Positions 9,110 to 19,099 of a stretch of DNA of 64,000 bases are shown in pieces. The number at the start of each line of letters is the position of its first letter. The first letter of the stretch is position 1. The notes beneath the pieces were generated by a model that was not told where the DNA came from, did no database searches, and saw only the letters and a program-made list of their open reading frames with translations. Where the stretch lies: positions 1 through 64,000 of IMG/VR virus record IMGVR_UViG_3300004151_000006; one strand, 5' to 3'. The position numbers were made by a program, and so were the translations under genes.

Positions 9110-10779
9110 ATTGTAAAAAAACTTGACTGCACATCAAACGGGATAAATCCATCCACTGCATTCTTAGGAGCTTTACCACACTTAGGACAACGATCATATT
9201 GATGTACCACATGGGTGATCTTAGTGGCTTTGATATATTCATGGATACCTTCATCTAACTTTACATCTTCCATACTGATGGTATCTAAGATATCACGGAT
9301 ATCCTCTCTAGAGGTATCATCATACGGATCATTTTTCACAGTATAAATAATATTATCTTCACCCTGACCATCGATAGTTTCAATCTCAGAGATACTCTCG
9401 ATCCAAGGAAGCAAAAGCTTATAATAGTTATAACGAAGATATTCAAACACTTCATCTATCTTTGCATTGACAGCATCTTTACCAAGAGTATAGAACATCA
9501 TGTTGTTGTATTCATTGCCATACATGAGATAGAGTTCTGCCGTAGGTACACGATATTTTACTTCCCAATGACTAATGATACCAGTAGCACCATTGTTGAC
9601 AGTGAATCGATATGGTACTACATGCTTACCAATATTACGTTGATAGATGAGTACCTGCTCTGGATCTACTTTACCCTGATTAGTAAGAAAATCAGACATT
9701 TCTTTAGTGATGAGATCATCATTACGTACACAGAGTTTAAGGATATCAGCTTTGACTTCTTCAATATGTTCACATCTGGTGACTTCTTCACCTTCCATAC
9801 CTTCTAATGGTTCAGTACAAATATAACGCACTATGATACCTTCTCTAAACATGAGTGCTGCCAATGTAGCTAAAATAGTATCATAATCATGCATACTGAT
9901 ATATTTAAGAATGTCTGTACCCATCTGTGCAAAATCTTTAAGACTACTATCCTGAATCACCTTCGGTAAGAAATCACTGAGGATCAATTCCTTTACAGCA
10001 ATATCTGCATACAAATAAAAGTATCCACCGATCTCACGAGTAAAATGATACTTATTGTGTTGACACATCCTCACCATACCAGCAATTTCACTTAGAGACA
10101 AAGCTTTCAGTGTAATAAAAAACCCACTATTCATCAAAGGTATACGACACATACCCTGCATCTGTGCAATGACACGAGCACGTGCTTTGAATCCAGAGAG
10201 AACTTTATCTTTAGGAGCAGATGCACGTTTGGTCATACCTTCTTTAAAGATAGGTGCACGACTAAAAATCTCATTAAGGGTCTCAATATCTTTAGCTTGC
10301 TTCTTCATCCATTCCAATGCTTCACGGTTAAATTCCATCTGTTTCTTGTAATACAGAGTAGCATCAAAGAGTACACCATCTTTGTGATTAGGATCGTTTT
10401 TATTTTTATCCCAAGTAGGTTCACCTACACGATTTATTTCTTCATTGATAGCAGATGAATGTACAAATCTATCAGACAATGGGATAGTCAAACTTGTAAA
10501 TTCATTAACTTCATTATTACTTTGATCTTTAGCATCTTCTAATACTGAATTTAAAATATCATCTGTTGGGGTATTGTCTTCCTTAGGTTTATATTCTTCC
10601 AGATTAGCAATATCTTGAGTATGGATACTTTCTTCTTCATCATCACCAGGGATAGGTACACCATAATCAATATCTTGAGGTAATGATCCAGGTCGCAATG
10701 TTCCAGCTTGAGGAAGAGGATATCCATCATCTGAAGGATAAACAATTTCATGTTCTTTGGTATCGTCAATTTCACTCAT
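9061..10779 (-). CDS. tail/baseplate assembly chaperone-like protein with Zn-binding Cys motifs
   Basis: RIPLMNSGFFITL, YICTE...RCEH, CPKCGK, C-terminal IPFDVQSSFFT; AAGGAG RBS. Confidence 0.6.
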   Translation of the reverse strand: MSEIDDTKEHEIVYPSDDGYPLPQAGTLRPGSLPQDIDYGVPIPGDDEEESIHTQDIANLEEYKPKEDNTPTDDILNSVLEDAKDQSNNEVNEFTSLTIPLSDRFVHSSAINEEINRVGEPTWDKNKNDPNHKDGVLFDATLYYKKQMEFNREALEWMKKQAKDIETLNEIFSRAPIFKEGMTKRASAPKDKVLSGFKARARVIAQMQGMCRIPLMNSGFFITLKALSLSEIAGMVRMCQHNKYHFTREIGGYFYLYADIAVKELILSDFLPKVIQDSSLKDFAQMGTDILKYISMHDYDTILATLAALMFREGIIVRYICTEPLEGMEGEEVTRCEHIEEVKADILKLCVRNDDLITKEMSDFLTNQGKVDPEQVLIYQRNIGKHVVPYRFTVNNGATGIISHWEVKYRVPTAELYLMYGNEYNNMMFYTLGKDAVNAKIDEVFEYLRYNYYKLLLPWIESISEIETIDGQGEDNIIYTVKNDPYDDTSREDIRDILDTISMEDVKLDEGIHEYIKATKITHVVHQYDRCPKCGKAPKNAVDGFIPFDVQSSFFTMCLIRLTAANQSNTTK

Positions 10780-11729
10780 GACTTACTTTCTCCTTTTGGT
10801 ATGGGATACCATCCCATGTTTGGTCTACTAGATCTGATCTTTGCATCAGGATCCTCAAAATACGTCATTGTACGTAAACACCCAGGTGTCTCTGCCCATG
10901 TCCTACGTATATAACTATATTCAGATTTAGTCTTATTGATAAATTCTTTGAGTGAAGGTGTAGAAAATCCATCAAATGAAATCACTTTTAATGGGTGATA
11001 ATTTTCATATATTTGTTTATCTTCAGATTTCAATTGATCCAGATTGATATATTCAAAGATGAGTATATTTTCCATACGTGGATGTATATCTACTTTCTCC
11101 ACCATATATATAGGGTATTTTTGTTCTATATTATCAAAATATTGTGCCCACTCTACTAGTCTATTGACTATGATAAAATCCTCATATTTAAATCCAATGA
11201 TTTGTTTCTTATGATATTCTTGATCTGCTAATTCTAAATGTGAGACTACGAATACTCGTCTTGTACTACAATGAAATATGACTATTGGATCAAGACCACA
11301 TTTATTTACCCAGGATAACCAAGTCGTCACTTTACGTAATTCAATAGTAGTATCACCCACCATCAATATTTCTTTTAATCTATGAAGATATTCTAAATTA
11401 TCTTTAAATTCAATGATGTGAAATGAAAGCTCACCAGCATGAAATACTGAAAATAGACCACCTTCAGTGTTTGATAAAATTACTATATTCTTATTTTCGA
11501 ATACATTAAAGTATGCAAAAGGACAACGCCGTGCAGTGACTGAAGAGAAATATCTTTTTATCCACTCTAGAAAGATTTTATCTTCTTTAGTGATCTTCAC
11601 TTTCTTTATGTTTTGTGGTACACCAGTTGATTCACTAATCTCCAAAACTTCTTCAACTGGATCATTGGTTTCATCAATTGGTTCTTCTGATGAAACATCA
11701 CATTCCACCAGCTCATCATCTTCTGTCAT
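10776..11729 (-). CDS. hypothetical protein
   Basis: long ORF, GGGAG before ATG 11729, 4-nt overlap with next gene. Confidence 0.75.
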   Translation of the reverse strand: MTEDDELVECDVSSEEPIDETNDPVEEVLEISESTGVPQNIKKVKITKEDKIFLEWIKRYFSSVTARRCPFAYFNVFENKNIVILSNTEGGLFSVFHAGELSFHIIEFKDNLEYLHRLKEILMVGDTTIELRKVTTWLSWVNKCGLDPIVIFHCSTRRVFVVSHLELADQEYHKKQIIGFKYEDFIIVNRLVEWAQYFDNIEQKYPIYMVEKVDIHPRMENILIFEYINLDQLKSEDKQIYENYHPLKVISFDGFSTPSLKEFINKTKSEYSYIRRTWAETPGCLRTMTYFEDPDAKIRSSRPNMGWYPIPKGESKS

Positions 11730-11800
11730 GTTTATACTCCCACCAAGCATTGCTCTCTAATAAGATTAGAAGAAACTATAAGAAACAACACCTTTATGAT

Positions 11801-11826
11801 GTAGAGGAGGGCTAGCCCTCCTCTAC
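11801..11826. terminator. perfect 26-nt palindrome
   Basis: gtagaggagggct|agccctcctctac, downstream of 11837..12562. Confidence 0.7.
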
Positions 11827-11836
11827 TAAGAAATCA

Positions 11837-12562
11837 TTATTGTTTAATCTGATTGGTATCCACGATGATAGAATCTTCTTGGGGTACTTCATTGGTATGC
11901 GCATTAATAATAGCTTTAGCTTCATCTTCAGACACATCGATAACACTATCAGTATCTTTAGGAGATGGGAGCATACCAATACGTTTCAGATTTTCAAATT
12001 CTTCTTCAGGAGTAATTACATGGATCTCTTCATCAGGTGCAGTATCAACAGAAGTGGAATTGGTAAATTTAGGAGTCTGTAATGTGGGTTCATCAGTGAG
12101 TACCAGGTGTACATTTCTCACGATATGATCCATTTGAGTCATGACACTATCCATATAACTCCGTGTACTGTGAAAATTCTCCATAAGATCCATAAGCTGC
12201 ATGTCATGTTCCACACGATCTGTGATGACACTCAATTCACCAAGTTTAAGTCTAAATTCTTTACACCGTTCAAAATAATGGGGATATTCATCTTTCTGGA
12301 TATGTTCAATATCATGAATGATAGTCTCACACAACCGCACCACTTCAGGCATATCTTTAGACTTAAAGAAATCCATACGTTCACCCACCTGTTCTTTAAT
12401 GGCAATCATACGACCATTCCATGTGGTGAGGAATGATGCAAATGCCATGATCTTTTCAATGAACTGCTCTTTTGTATTTTTCTTAGAAAGGATCTGATGA
12501 CCCTTTTTACGCATATCTTGCGTACGCTTTTTATCACGACGCATCTTCGACTGCATGCCCAT
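11837..12562 (-). CDS. hypothetical protein (basic N-terminus, acidic tail)
   Basis: 241 aa, GGGAG RBS. Confidence 0.75.
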   Translation of the reverse strand: MGMQSKMRRDKKRTQDMRKKGHQILSKKNTKEQFIEKIMAFASFLTTWNGRMIAIKEQVGERMDFFKSKDMPEVVRLCETIIHDIEHIQKDEYPHYFERCKEFRLKLGELSVITDRVEHDMQLMDLMENFHSTRSYMDSVMTQMDHIVRNVHLVLTDEPTLQTPKFTNSTSVDTAPDEEIHVITPEEEFENLKRIGMLPSPKDTDSVIDVSEDEAKAIINAHTNEVPQEDSIIVDTNQIKQ

Positions 12563-12619
12563 ATATCTCTCCCTTACATGTTAAAGTAAATCCTCTAAAA
12601 GATAAAGAATCAATATGAA

Positions 12620-12657
12620 AAACTACACCAGGCAGGTTTCCCCACCCGGTGTAGTTT
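12620..12657. terminator. imperfect hairpin with T-tract on minus strand
   Basis: aaactacacc...ggtgtagttt, downstream of 12665..13222. Confidence 0.55.
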
Positions 12658-12664
12658 GATAAAC

Positions 12665-13222
12665 CTATTTAGAGATCATAGTGACAAAGTCTCTCGGTAA
12701 ATGTGTAGCCATACTAGCCAAGCTTGTCTGGATGAATTTGTTACCACCAGCTTCTACTACTAAGTCTGCAGTTTCATCAATCACTTTATCCCATTTTTCT
12801 AATTTCTGTACAGTAGCTTTCAAATCTGCAGGCAGACCCATACCAGCATCATCACCACCCTGATCTTCTTTATTAATCTCACGAATACCTTCAATCATAG
12901 TAGCCACCAAACGTGCACGACGATCAGTTTCAGCATATGCACTGAGCATAGCTTTTTGTACAATATCTTTATACATGAGTTTGGGGAGTACCAAACTATC
13001 CATGGTTTTAGTAGATTGTTCTTCTATAATACGCAATACTTTCATACGGTCATCACCACGATCTTTATAGAAATGTGCAAGCTCACTTAAAATAGCGATA
13101 GCAGCAGACTTGCGAAGATGGATAGCTTGAGCTTCTGATACACGGGTATCCATGTTGGACATAACAATCTTATCTTGTTCAGTGATACCAAGACGCTGTT
13201 CCATTTGATTGATCTTAAACAT
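12665..13222 (-). CDS. hypothetical protein
   Basis: AAGGAG RBS before ATG 13222. Confidence 0.75.
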   Translation of the reverse strand: MFKINQMEQRLGITEQDKIVMSNMDTRVSEAQAIHLRKSAAIAILSELAHFYKDRGDDRMKVLRIIEEQSTKTMDSLVLPKLMYKDIVQKAMLSAYAETDRRARLVATMIEGIREINKEDQGGDDAGMGLPADLKATVQKLEKWDKVIDETADLVVEAGGNKFIQTSLASMATHLPRDFVTMISK

Positions 13223-13398
13223 GGTAGCTCTCCTTATGTTGAGTCTCATGATGAGACAATAATGTCATTGGACCTATACGATATTGCAACCATATTCTAA
13301 CCCTTTGGACCATTTTTTAGTTTAAAAGTAATCTCAATGATCATGTCATAGTCCCAATTGTGAAAATTTACCCATACCTATGGGAGGAAATAACACAT

Positions 13399-15636
13399 AT
13401 GCGTATCGCTGTACCAGAGTCAATAGATAGAGAACCACTCTTACGTGCATATGTAGAAAACATGGTTACTTTTTTATCAAATGATTTGTCTTGGCTAGAA
13501 AAGACAGATAGAAGTGGAATTAGATTTTCACCCAATGATGATCCCAATACAAAGATACAAAAGACTATAGTTTTTAATGCAGAAATAAATGATAGAGTGA
13601 AAAACTATATACATGATGAAATCACTAAGATCGTTAAAGATCAAATAAAACGACCTAAAATATATGGTATAGATCATCCACATTATGGTGATGCTGAAGA
13701 AGTCAATGTGGATCTACTTGGTATCACCACCAAACATTTTGATAAGATTATTACCCCATCTGGATCAGTTTATATACCAGCTAAACAACATCCAAGTTTC
13801 CTTAGAGGGAAGATCACTGAAGATAAAGCAAACCGTGGTAGATTAAAGAAATTGATGTTTGATGCTAAAGCTGCGGGTGATAATGATGCTGCCAACTACT
13901 ACAATAGTGGACAGTCGTTATGTAAGATAGGTATGAATTCTTATCCCGGTGCAATGGCTTGTAGTTATAGCTTCTTATCAGATAGAGCTGGATTCAATTC
14001 TACTACATCCAGTTCACGATATCTGATCATGAATGCATATGCACAGACAGAAAGATTATTAGAAGGCAATTTCTATTTTATTAATTTAGAAGCAGTAATG
14101 AATCATATTGTTGTAGTATGTAGATCCTGTCCAGATGAGAAAACTATTATGGATATAATGTATAAATACAAACTCTATATTCCAACTTGGGATGATATTT
14201 ATGAATTCTTAAATAGTAACTATAAACAGTATTGTCCAAATAATTTACCCACCCAAATATCTGAGATGCTTATGCGTATGCCGGAATATAAACGTATTTT
14301 TCTTTATTACTTTAGCAATCTTAAACATATCCTCCAAGCCAATTCTTCTAAATTTCTTGATTGGATCCATGATTTTTATGATCATTATCTAGCAGAAAAA
14401 GCATATCCACCGGAAACATTAGAACCAGAAGGTCTATTTAAATTAGATGGTATGTTAGTCATCTTGATCTCCACAGTCTATGGTGAACTTCTTCCTTTAG
14501 GTAGTGACGGTAAGAAAGCTAAGATTTATGATACTGTAAAACTCTTTCCAGATATAGCTAAAAAGTTGTTATCCATTGGGCTTTATATGCAGGATAAATT
14601 AAATAATGAATTCATGGAATTCTTTGATCTCTTTTTGGATAATGGATGTATTATTCCAAATACTATTGATCATAAGAATATGTTTAGACATTGTGTGATT
14701 TTATCTGATACCGACTCAGTAGTCTTTACTACTAAATCTTGGTTGCAATGGTATACTGGAAAAAACATTATTGACCATAGTGCATATGAGATCAATGCTA
14801 TTATGGTGTATTGGTTATCTAAAGCATTAGAATTCATACTCAAAAATATGAGTGTTTCACGTGGTGCTGTAGGAGAAGATGCATTTATCATGAAGATGAA
14901 GAATGAATTCTTTTATCCATCTATGATCCAAAGTAGCTTAAAGAAACACTATGCGGGATTGGTGGTGGTACAAGAAGGTGTCGTCCTTCCTAAACCACAA
15001 TCAGATATCAAAGGCATCCAATTTAGAGGATCTAAATTAGCAGATGAAACAAAAGTATTTATTACTAAATATATTGATGAAACAAATGAACAAATCATCA
15101 AATGTGGAAAAGTATCAGCTAAAGAACGTATTTGGAAAGTAGTGGAATTTGAAAAGAAGGTATTATCATCAGTGAGAAAGGGTGAACTCAATTTTCTCAA
15201 CTTGATACCAGTAAAAAACGAAGATGAATATACAGATGCAGATAAATCCATTTATTTCAATTATCAATTTTGGGAATATGTGTTTGCTCCTAAGTTTGGA
15301 AACATCATGATTCCAACCAAATGTTATTCATTACCATTAGTGAATGTTAAAGATAAAGAATATTTGGAATATTTAAAGAAATGTGATAAAGAGATCTATC
15401 AGAGATTAATTGAATTCTGTGAGAAGTATCCTAAGAAAAAGATTACTCGGATACCAATCAATCCAGTGACTGATAAAATACCTGATGAGTTATTCCCCAT
15501 TGCTGCAATACGTCAGATCATCTTTGATAATGTAGCACCACTCCATTTATTTTTAGAATCATTAGGTATTGATCTTGGCAATAATCAAAAGAGTAGATTG
15601 TTGTTTTGTGAAATATATGGAAATGAATTAAACTAA
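13399..15636 (+). CDS. phiKZ-type split B-family DNA polymerase, polymerase subunit (gp50-like)
   Basis: motif B KIGMNSYPGA, motif C SDTDS, KMKNEF, KKHYAG, IKGIQFRGS; no exonuclease or motif A region; GGAGG RBS. Confidence 0.85.
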   Translation: MRIAVPESIDREPLLRAYVENMVTFLSNDLSWLEKTDRSGIRFSPNDDPNTKIQKTIVFNAEINDRVKNYIHDEITKIVKDQIKRPKIYGIDHPHYGDAEEVNVDLLGITTKHFDKIITPSGSVYIPAKQHPSFLRGKITEDKANRGRLKKLMFDAKAAGDNDAANYYNSGQSLCKIGMNSYPGAMACSYSFLSDRAGFNSTTSSSRYLIMNAYAQTERLLEGNFYFINLEAVMNHIVVVCRSCPDEKTIMDIMYKYKLYIPTWDDIYEFLNSNYKQYCPNNLPTQISEMLMRMPEYKRIFLYYFSNLKHILQANSSKFLDWIHDFYDHYLAEKAYPPETLEPEGLFKLDGMLVILISTVYGELLPLGSDGKKAKIYDTVKLFPDIAKKLLSIGLYMQDKLNNEFMEFFDLFLDNGCIIPNTIDHKNMFRHCVILSDTDSVVFTTKSWLQWYTGKNIIDHSAYEINAIMVYWLSKALEFILKNMSVSRGAVGEDAFIMKMKNEFFYPSMIQSSLKKHYAGLVVVQEGVVLPKPQSDIKGIQFRGSKLADETKVFITKYIDETNEQIIKCGKVSAKERIWKVVEFEKKVLSSVRKGELNFLNLIPVKNEDEYTDADKSIYFNYQFWEYVFAPKFGNIMIPTKCYSLPLVNVKDKEYLEYLKKCDKEIYQRLIEFCEKYPKKKITRIPINPVTDKIPDELFPIAAIRQIIFDNVAPLHLFLESLGIDLGNNQKSRLLFCEIYGNELN

Positions 15637-15642
15637 CAATAT

Positions 15643-15678
15643 GGATGATAGACATGCCCTGGGGCATGTCTATCATCC
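15643..15678. terminator. GC-rich hairpin (17-bp arms)
   Basis: ggatgatagacatgccc-tg-gggcatgtctatcatcc right after polymerase stop. Confidence 0.75.
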
Positions 15679-15690
15679 GATTATCAAATA

Positions 15691-15698
15691 TATATTAC
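15691..15698 (+). promoter_or_regulatory. phiKZ-type early promoter TATATTAC
   Basis: exact match, heads an accessory gene cluster. Confidence 0.7.
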
Positions 15699-15722
15699 AT
15701 CATTGAAATAAAGGAGGTAACT

Positions 15723-15995
15723 ATGTCATTACATGTTGATTTCTTCAGTGATCATGAAATGGACTATTGTCCTAAATGTGAATGGCTGTGTCCACACTGC
15801 AATGAAAAAAATAGTCTTACCTTTACATCAAGACCTTTAAAAGAAATCATAGAAGGTATAGTACTGGAATATCCAGATATGGTCAGTTGTGATGGGTGTA
15901 ATACACGATTTAAAATGAAGGATTTATTCGATTTAAATTATACTACAGAATCCATACACAGTGAACCTACCTTTGGGTTAGATAAATTCAAATAG
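15723..15995 (+). CDS. small Zn-ribbon protein
   Basis: AAGGAGG RBS; CPKC, CPHC, CDGC. Confidence 0.7.
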   Translation: MSLHVDFFSDHEMDYCPKCEWLCPHCNEKNSLTFTSRPLKEIIEGIVLEYPDMVSCDGCNTRFKMKDLFDLNYTTESIHSEPTFGLDKFK

Positions 15996-16004
15996 GAGGA
16001 CCAC

Positions 16005-16493
16005 ATGTCATATGAAGGACATATTCAACATTGGTGTAAGAATGGGCATTATTGGGAAGTTGGATATGGTTATGGTAATCTAAGTGAAGAAGAAATCAAA
16101 GCTGATCATACTTGTCTTGAATGTTCGGAATCTTCAATTTTTGAAAACAGTGTAGACGACACTAACTGTGATGCATATGGGGAAATACCCCCACAAATTA
16201 TGTTTAATGATAAGAATGGTCATGCGGTATATGTTATTCCAAAAAATTATACTGTGGGACATTTAATTGATACCAAAGAACCCATTGCTTATTACTTTTA
16301 CAAAGATGGGATACACTTTTCACATCGAATACATCAATGTGTGGTTATTCATGAAAAGATACATTATTTGCCTGAAAAATGTAAGGAGATCCTTTATCCA
16401 AAACAATTCAATTTGATCAAGTTTGGATTTCTCATTGATTTTGATAATGATCGTTTAGTGAATCCGTATCAATCTCCCACGGAGGAAATCTAA
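16005..16493 (+). CDS. hypothetical protein with N-terminal Cys/His motif
   Basis: AGGAGG RBS; MSYEGHIQHWCKNGH...CLEC...VDDTNC. Confidence 0.75.
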   Translation: MSYEGHIQHWCKNGHYWEVGYGYGNLSEEEIKADHTCLECSESSIFENSVDDTNCDAYGEIPPQIMFNDKNGHAVYVIPKNYTVGHLIDTKEPIAYYFYKDGIHFSHRIHQCVVIHEKIHYLPEKCKEILYPKQFNLIKFGFLIDFDNDRLVNPYQSPTEEI

Positions 16494-16494
16494 C

Positions 16495-16704
16495 ATGCCC
16501 GAATCCATGGAAATGATTATCAACCGTAAGGCGGATACCACCGAGTCCCTCGCACATCTGGTGCGAAGTATCACGGTCATCCCCCTGGCCAGGGCGTATC
16601 TCAGAAAGAATCCAGATACTCTGATGAAATCACCTAGATTCCTGACTACCATATCTGAGAGTTTTGCACAACACCATCGATTGTATCGTCGTTTGGGAGA
16701 ATAA
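16495..16704 (+). CDS. putative antitoxin of Doc
   Basis: 69 aa, GGAGG RBS, immediately upstream of doc; C-terminal helix FAQHHRLYRRLGE. Confidence 0.5.
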   Translation: MPESMEMIINRKADTTESLAHLVRSITVIPLARAYLRKNPDTLMKSPRFLTTISESFAQHHRLYRRLGE

Positions 16705-16705
16705 C

Positions 16706-17137
16706 ATGGGAATGAATACCAGATATCTTACTGTAGAAGAAGTATTATTTATACATGAAGCATCCATTATCTTATTTGGTGGTACCACTGGTGTGCGAGA
16801 TATAAATTTATTAAAATCTACTGTTGGTGCAGCTAAAAATATTGGTGGGTATACTGATGATTTATTCTCGATAGCTACCAGATATATGGAAGGGATATTG
16901 ATCAATCACCCATTCATTGATGGTAATAAGCGTACCGCATTTTGTGCTGTGGATACGTTTTTCAGGTTAAATGGGATATATTTAAAAGTACCTTATGATG
17001 TTGAAAACACAAATAGCATTAACTATAAAAAAGATGATGAACTCTATCAGTATTTTGTAGTTTGTTGGATCCCATGTGATAATAAATTGAGAAGCAAACA
17101 AATCTATAAAGATTTGAAGTATCTTTACAAATCTTAA
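16706..17137 (+). CDS. doc: Fic/Doc family (death-on-curing) toxin
   Basis: YLTVEEVLFIH, GVRDINLL, NHPFIDGNKRTA. Confidence 0.9.
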   Translation: MGMNTRYLTVEEVLFIHEASIILFGGTTGVRDINLLKSTVGAAKNIGGYTDDLFSIATRYMEGILINHPFIDGNKRTAFCAVDTFFRLNGIYLKVPYDVENTNSINYKKDDELYQYFVVCWIPCDNKLRSKQIYKDLKYLYKS

Positions 17138-17157
17138 ACCACAAAAAGGACTTTACA

Positions 17158-17355
17158 ATGCCTGGTATCACCAAACACTACAAGAAACAAATTCGAGATC
17201 TTAAACCTTGCATGATTTATTCTGCAAGGAAAGGTACCCGTGGTCCTAGTGGGAAAGAGAATGGTCGCCAGTTGAAAAAGATCTGGAAACACTATTTCAT
17301 CTGGAAACTTAGTAGCCAGAGACTACTGAGCGCTAAACATTTACAAATGAATTAA
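17158..17355 (+). CDS. small basic hypothetical protein
   Basis: AAGGA RBS; Lys/Arg-rich. Confidence 0.55.
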   Translation: MPGITKHYKKQIRDLKPCMIYSARKGTRGPSGKENGRQLKKIWKHYFIWKLSSQRLLSAKHLQMN

Positions 17356-17389
17356 CCCCAACGCCAACGATGGATGTGGAGTAAATCTC

Positions 17390-17860
17390 ATGAAACAATT
17401 GGATTCCAAAAACCAACTGTTGAAAGGTATTACCTGGTTGGCAATTCTCACCCTCGAAAAACTGGGACACATCACTGTCATTCATACTGGGGGCTTCGAT
17501 CTGTATGCCAAGTGTAACTGTGAATGGAATGAAGCTCGAATCATCGATCGGCGCGGTAATAAAGTATTGATGGTCGATCCATTCTCCGTACAAAAACAAT
17601 TTGGCATCACCAAATCGTTTGGTATTAGCTCATACGGATACGTCGTCAAAGACGACCACCATTGTTTGGCATTTTCCATATACAGTGATCCCCGGTATAC
17701 TACCCTCAAAAACAACGTGGGGGATTATCCAGAGTTCGTTAACACCATTTTGGCCCTTCCCGACTTTCCGACCAACATCCTCTACATATCCAATATCTGC
17801 TTTCATGAAGATTACCATGGGGCGAACTACTGGGAACGGGACTACACCATCCTTTCCTGA
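17390..17860 (+). CDS. hypothetical protein (elevated GC)
   Basis: GGAG RBS; followed by hairpin. Confidence 0.7.
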   Translation: MKQLDSKNQLLKGITWLAILTLEKLGHITVIHTGGFDLYAKCNCEWNEARIIDRRGNKVLMVDPFSVQKQFGITKSFGISSYGYVVKDDHHCLAFSIYSDPRYTTLKNNVGDYPEFVNTILALPDFPTNILYISNICFHEDYHGANYWERDYTILS

Positions 17861-17870
17861 TGACATGACT

Positions 17871-17898
17871 TGGAGCGGGGGATATGTCCCCCGCTCCA
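17871..17898. terminator. GC-rich hairpin
   Basis: tggagcggggga-tatg-tcccccgctcca; T-run about 22 nt downstream. Confidence 0.7.
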
Positions 17899-17979
17899 CA
17901 TTCGATTACAGGTATTATTCTTTTTTTTTATAAAAGCACTTATCTTATAGAAATTTATATCACAAGGAGGGAATATGTT

Positions 17980-18522
17980 ATGAAAAAATTCTTACTTACT
18001 CTCATGTTGTTGGGTATTTTTGTTACTCCCGGATACACCGTATCTTCTGATGAAACATGTGCACATATCCCCAATGAATATTTAGAACTTAATCAATATT
18101 ACAAATTAGTATTTTACCGTACAATGGATATCCAGTATAAACTTAAAAATGTGGGAATAGAAGACTCTAATTTAAATAGACTCAAATATCTTAATATTGA
18201 AAAACTGCTTCCCAGTACAGTGGTGACTATCTTAGGAATAGAATGCCATGAAGGATTTGACATTTCACAAGCACAAATATTTAAAGCTTCATTTAGTGGT
18301 GCAAACTTTACTTCCTATAATGATATCAATGATTTAAATTGGTCTAAAATCAAAACATATTGTGGTATTGATCGATTCAAGATGATGTTATCTGTTGGCA
18401 TATTTCGTTATATGGATGAAGTATCTAAAGAGATTTTTGCAGAGACTTGTGGTTTATATAAAAAATATCCCGATAAATTTGAAACTATTGTATTTCCTGA
18501 AAAGATATATTGTTCGAATTGA
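17980..18522 (+). CDS. exported protein
   Basis: AAGGAGG RBS; signal peptide MKKFLLTLMLLGIFVTPGYT. Confidence 0.7.
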   Translation: MKKFLLTLMLLGIFVTPGYTVSSDETCAHIPNEYLELNQYYKLVFYRTMDIQYKLKNVGIEDSNLNRLKYLNIEKLLPSTVVTILGIECHEGFDISQAQIFKASFSGANFTSYNDINDLNWSKIKTYCGIDRFKMMLSVGIFRYMDEVSKEIFAETCGLYKKYPDKFETIVFPEKIYCSN

Positions 18523-18530
18523 TGATGTTG

Positions 18531-18562
18531 GGCATACCCTAGCCAAAAGGCTAGGGTATGCC
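18531..18562. terminator. GC-rich hairpin (14-bp arms)
   Basis: ggcataccctagcc-aaaa-ggctagggtatgcc; TATATTAT follows at 18583. Confidence 0.7.
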
Positions 18563-18635
18563 ATTCAATTAATTTAAAAATATATATTATTAAATTGATA
18601 TAATCCTTTAAACTATTTAATCTGAGGAGTCTATT

Positions 18636-19091
18636 ATGTTTCGTTGGTTCCCCACTTCCTCCAAAAGAAATCAATGTATCATCAAATCAAAACTGCTCCT
18701 ACTTGGTTCTCCTTATTTTTACAAAGATGAAGCTGTGTATATGTTTGGTAAAAATGAAATGGCTAGATTTAATTATCTCTTTAAACTTATGATGAGTATC
18801 CACAATGATATCATCAATCATTTGCAAGCACAATGTAAACACCAAGTATCTGATAGTTATGCCAATCAATTGAAACTCCTTGGTGCATCTATGTCAAGAC
18901 TCATGCGTCATGTGGAAGTATTACATGAAGGTCTTGAAAATCTCACCAGAGAACAGTTTCAAAAGTATGTGAGTGACATCAATGAGACTTTCAATATCTT
19001 GGAATCCTTAGATGAACAAACCATAGAACATTTGGATATCCCATCTAAGAAAATCGAAACATTAGGTGAATCCCAAGATTTTCCTCAATAG
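18636..19091 (+). CDS. hypothetical helical protein
   Basis: GAGGAG RBS. Confidence 0.7.
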   Translation: MFRWFPTSSKRNQCIIKSKLLLLGSPYFYKDEAVYMFGKNEMARFNYLFKLMMSIHNDIINHLQAQCKHQVSDSYANQLKLLGASMSRLMRHVEVLHEGLENLTREQFQKYVSDINETFNILESLDEQTIEHLDIPSKKIETLGESQDFPQ

Positions 19092-19099
19092 GAGTATTT

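Noticed and set aside
13399-15636. DNA polymerase as a truncated pseudogene
   Set aside because: phiKZ-like phages encode a naturally split PolB; motifs B and C are intact.
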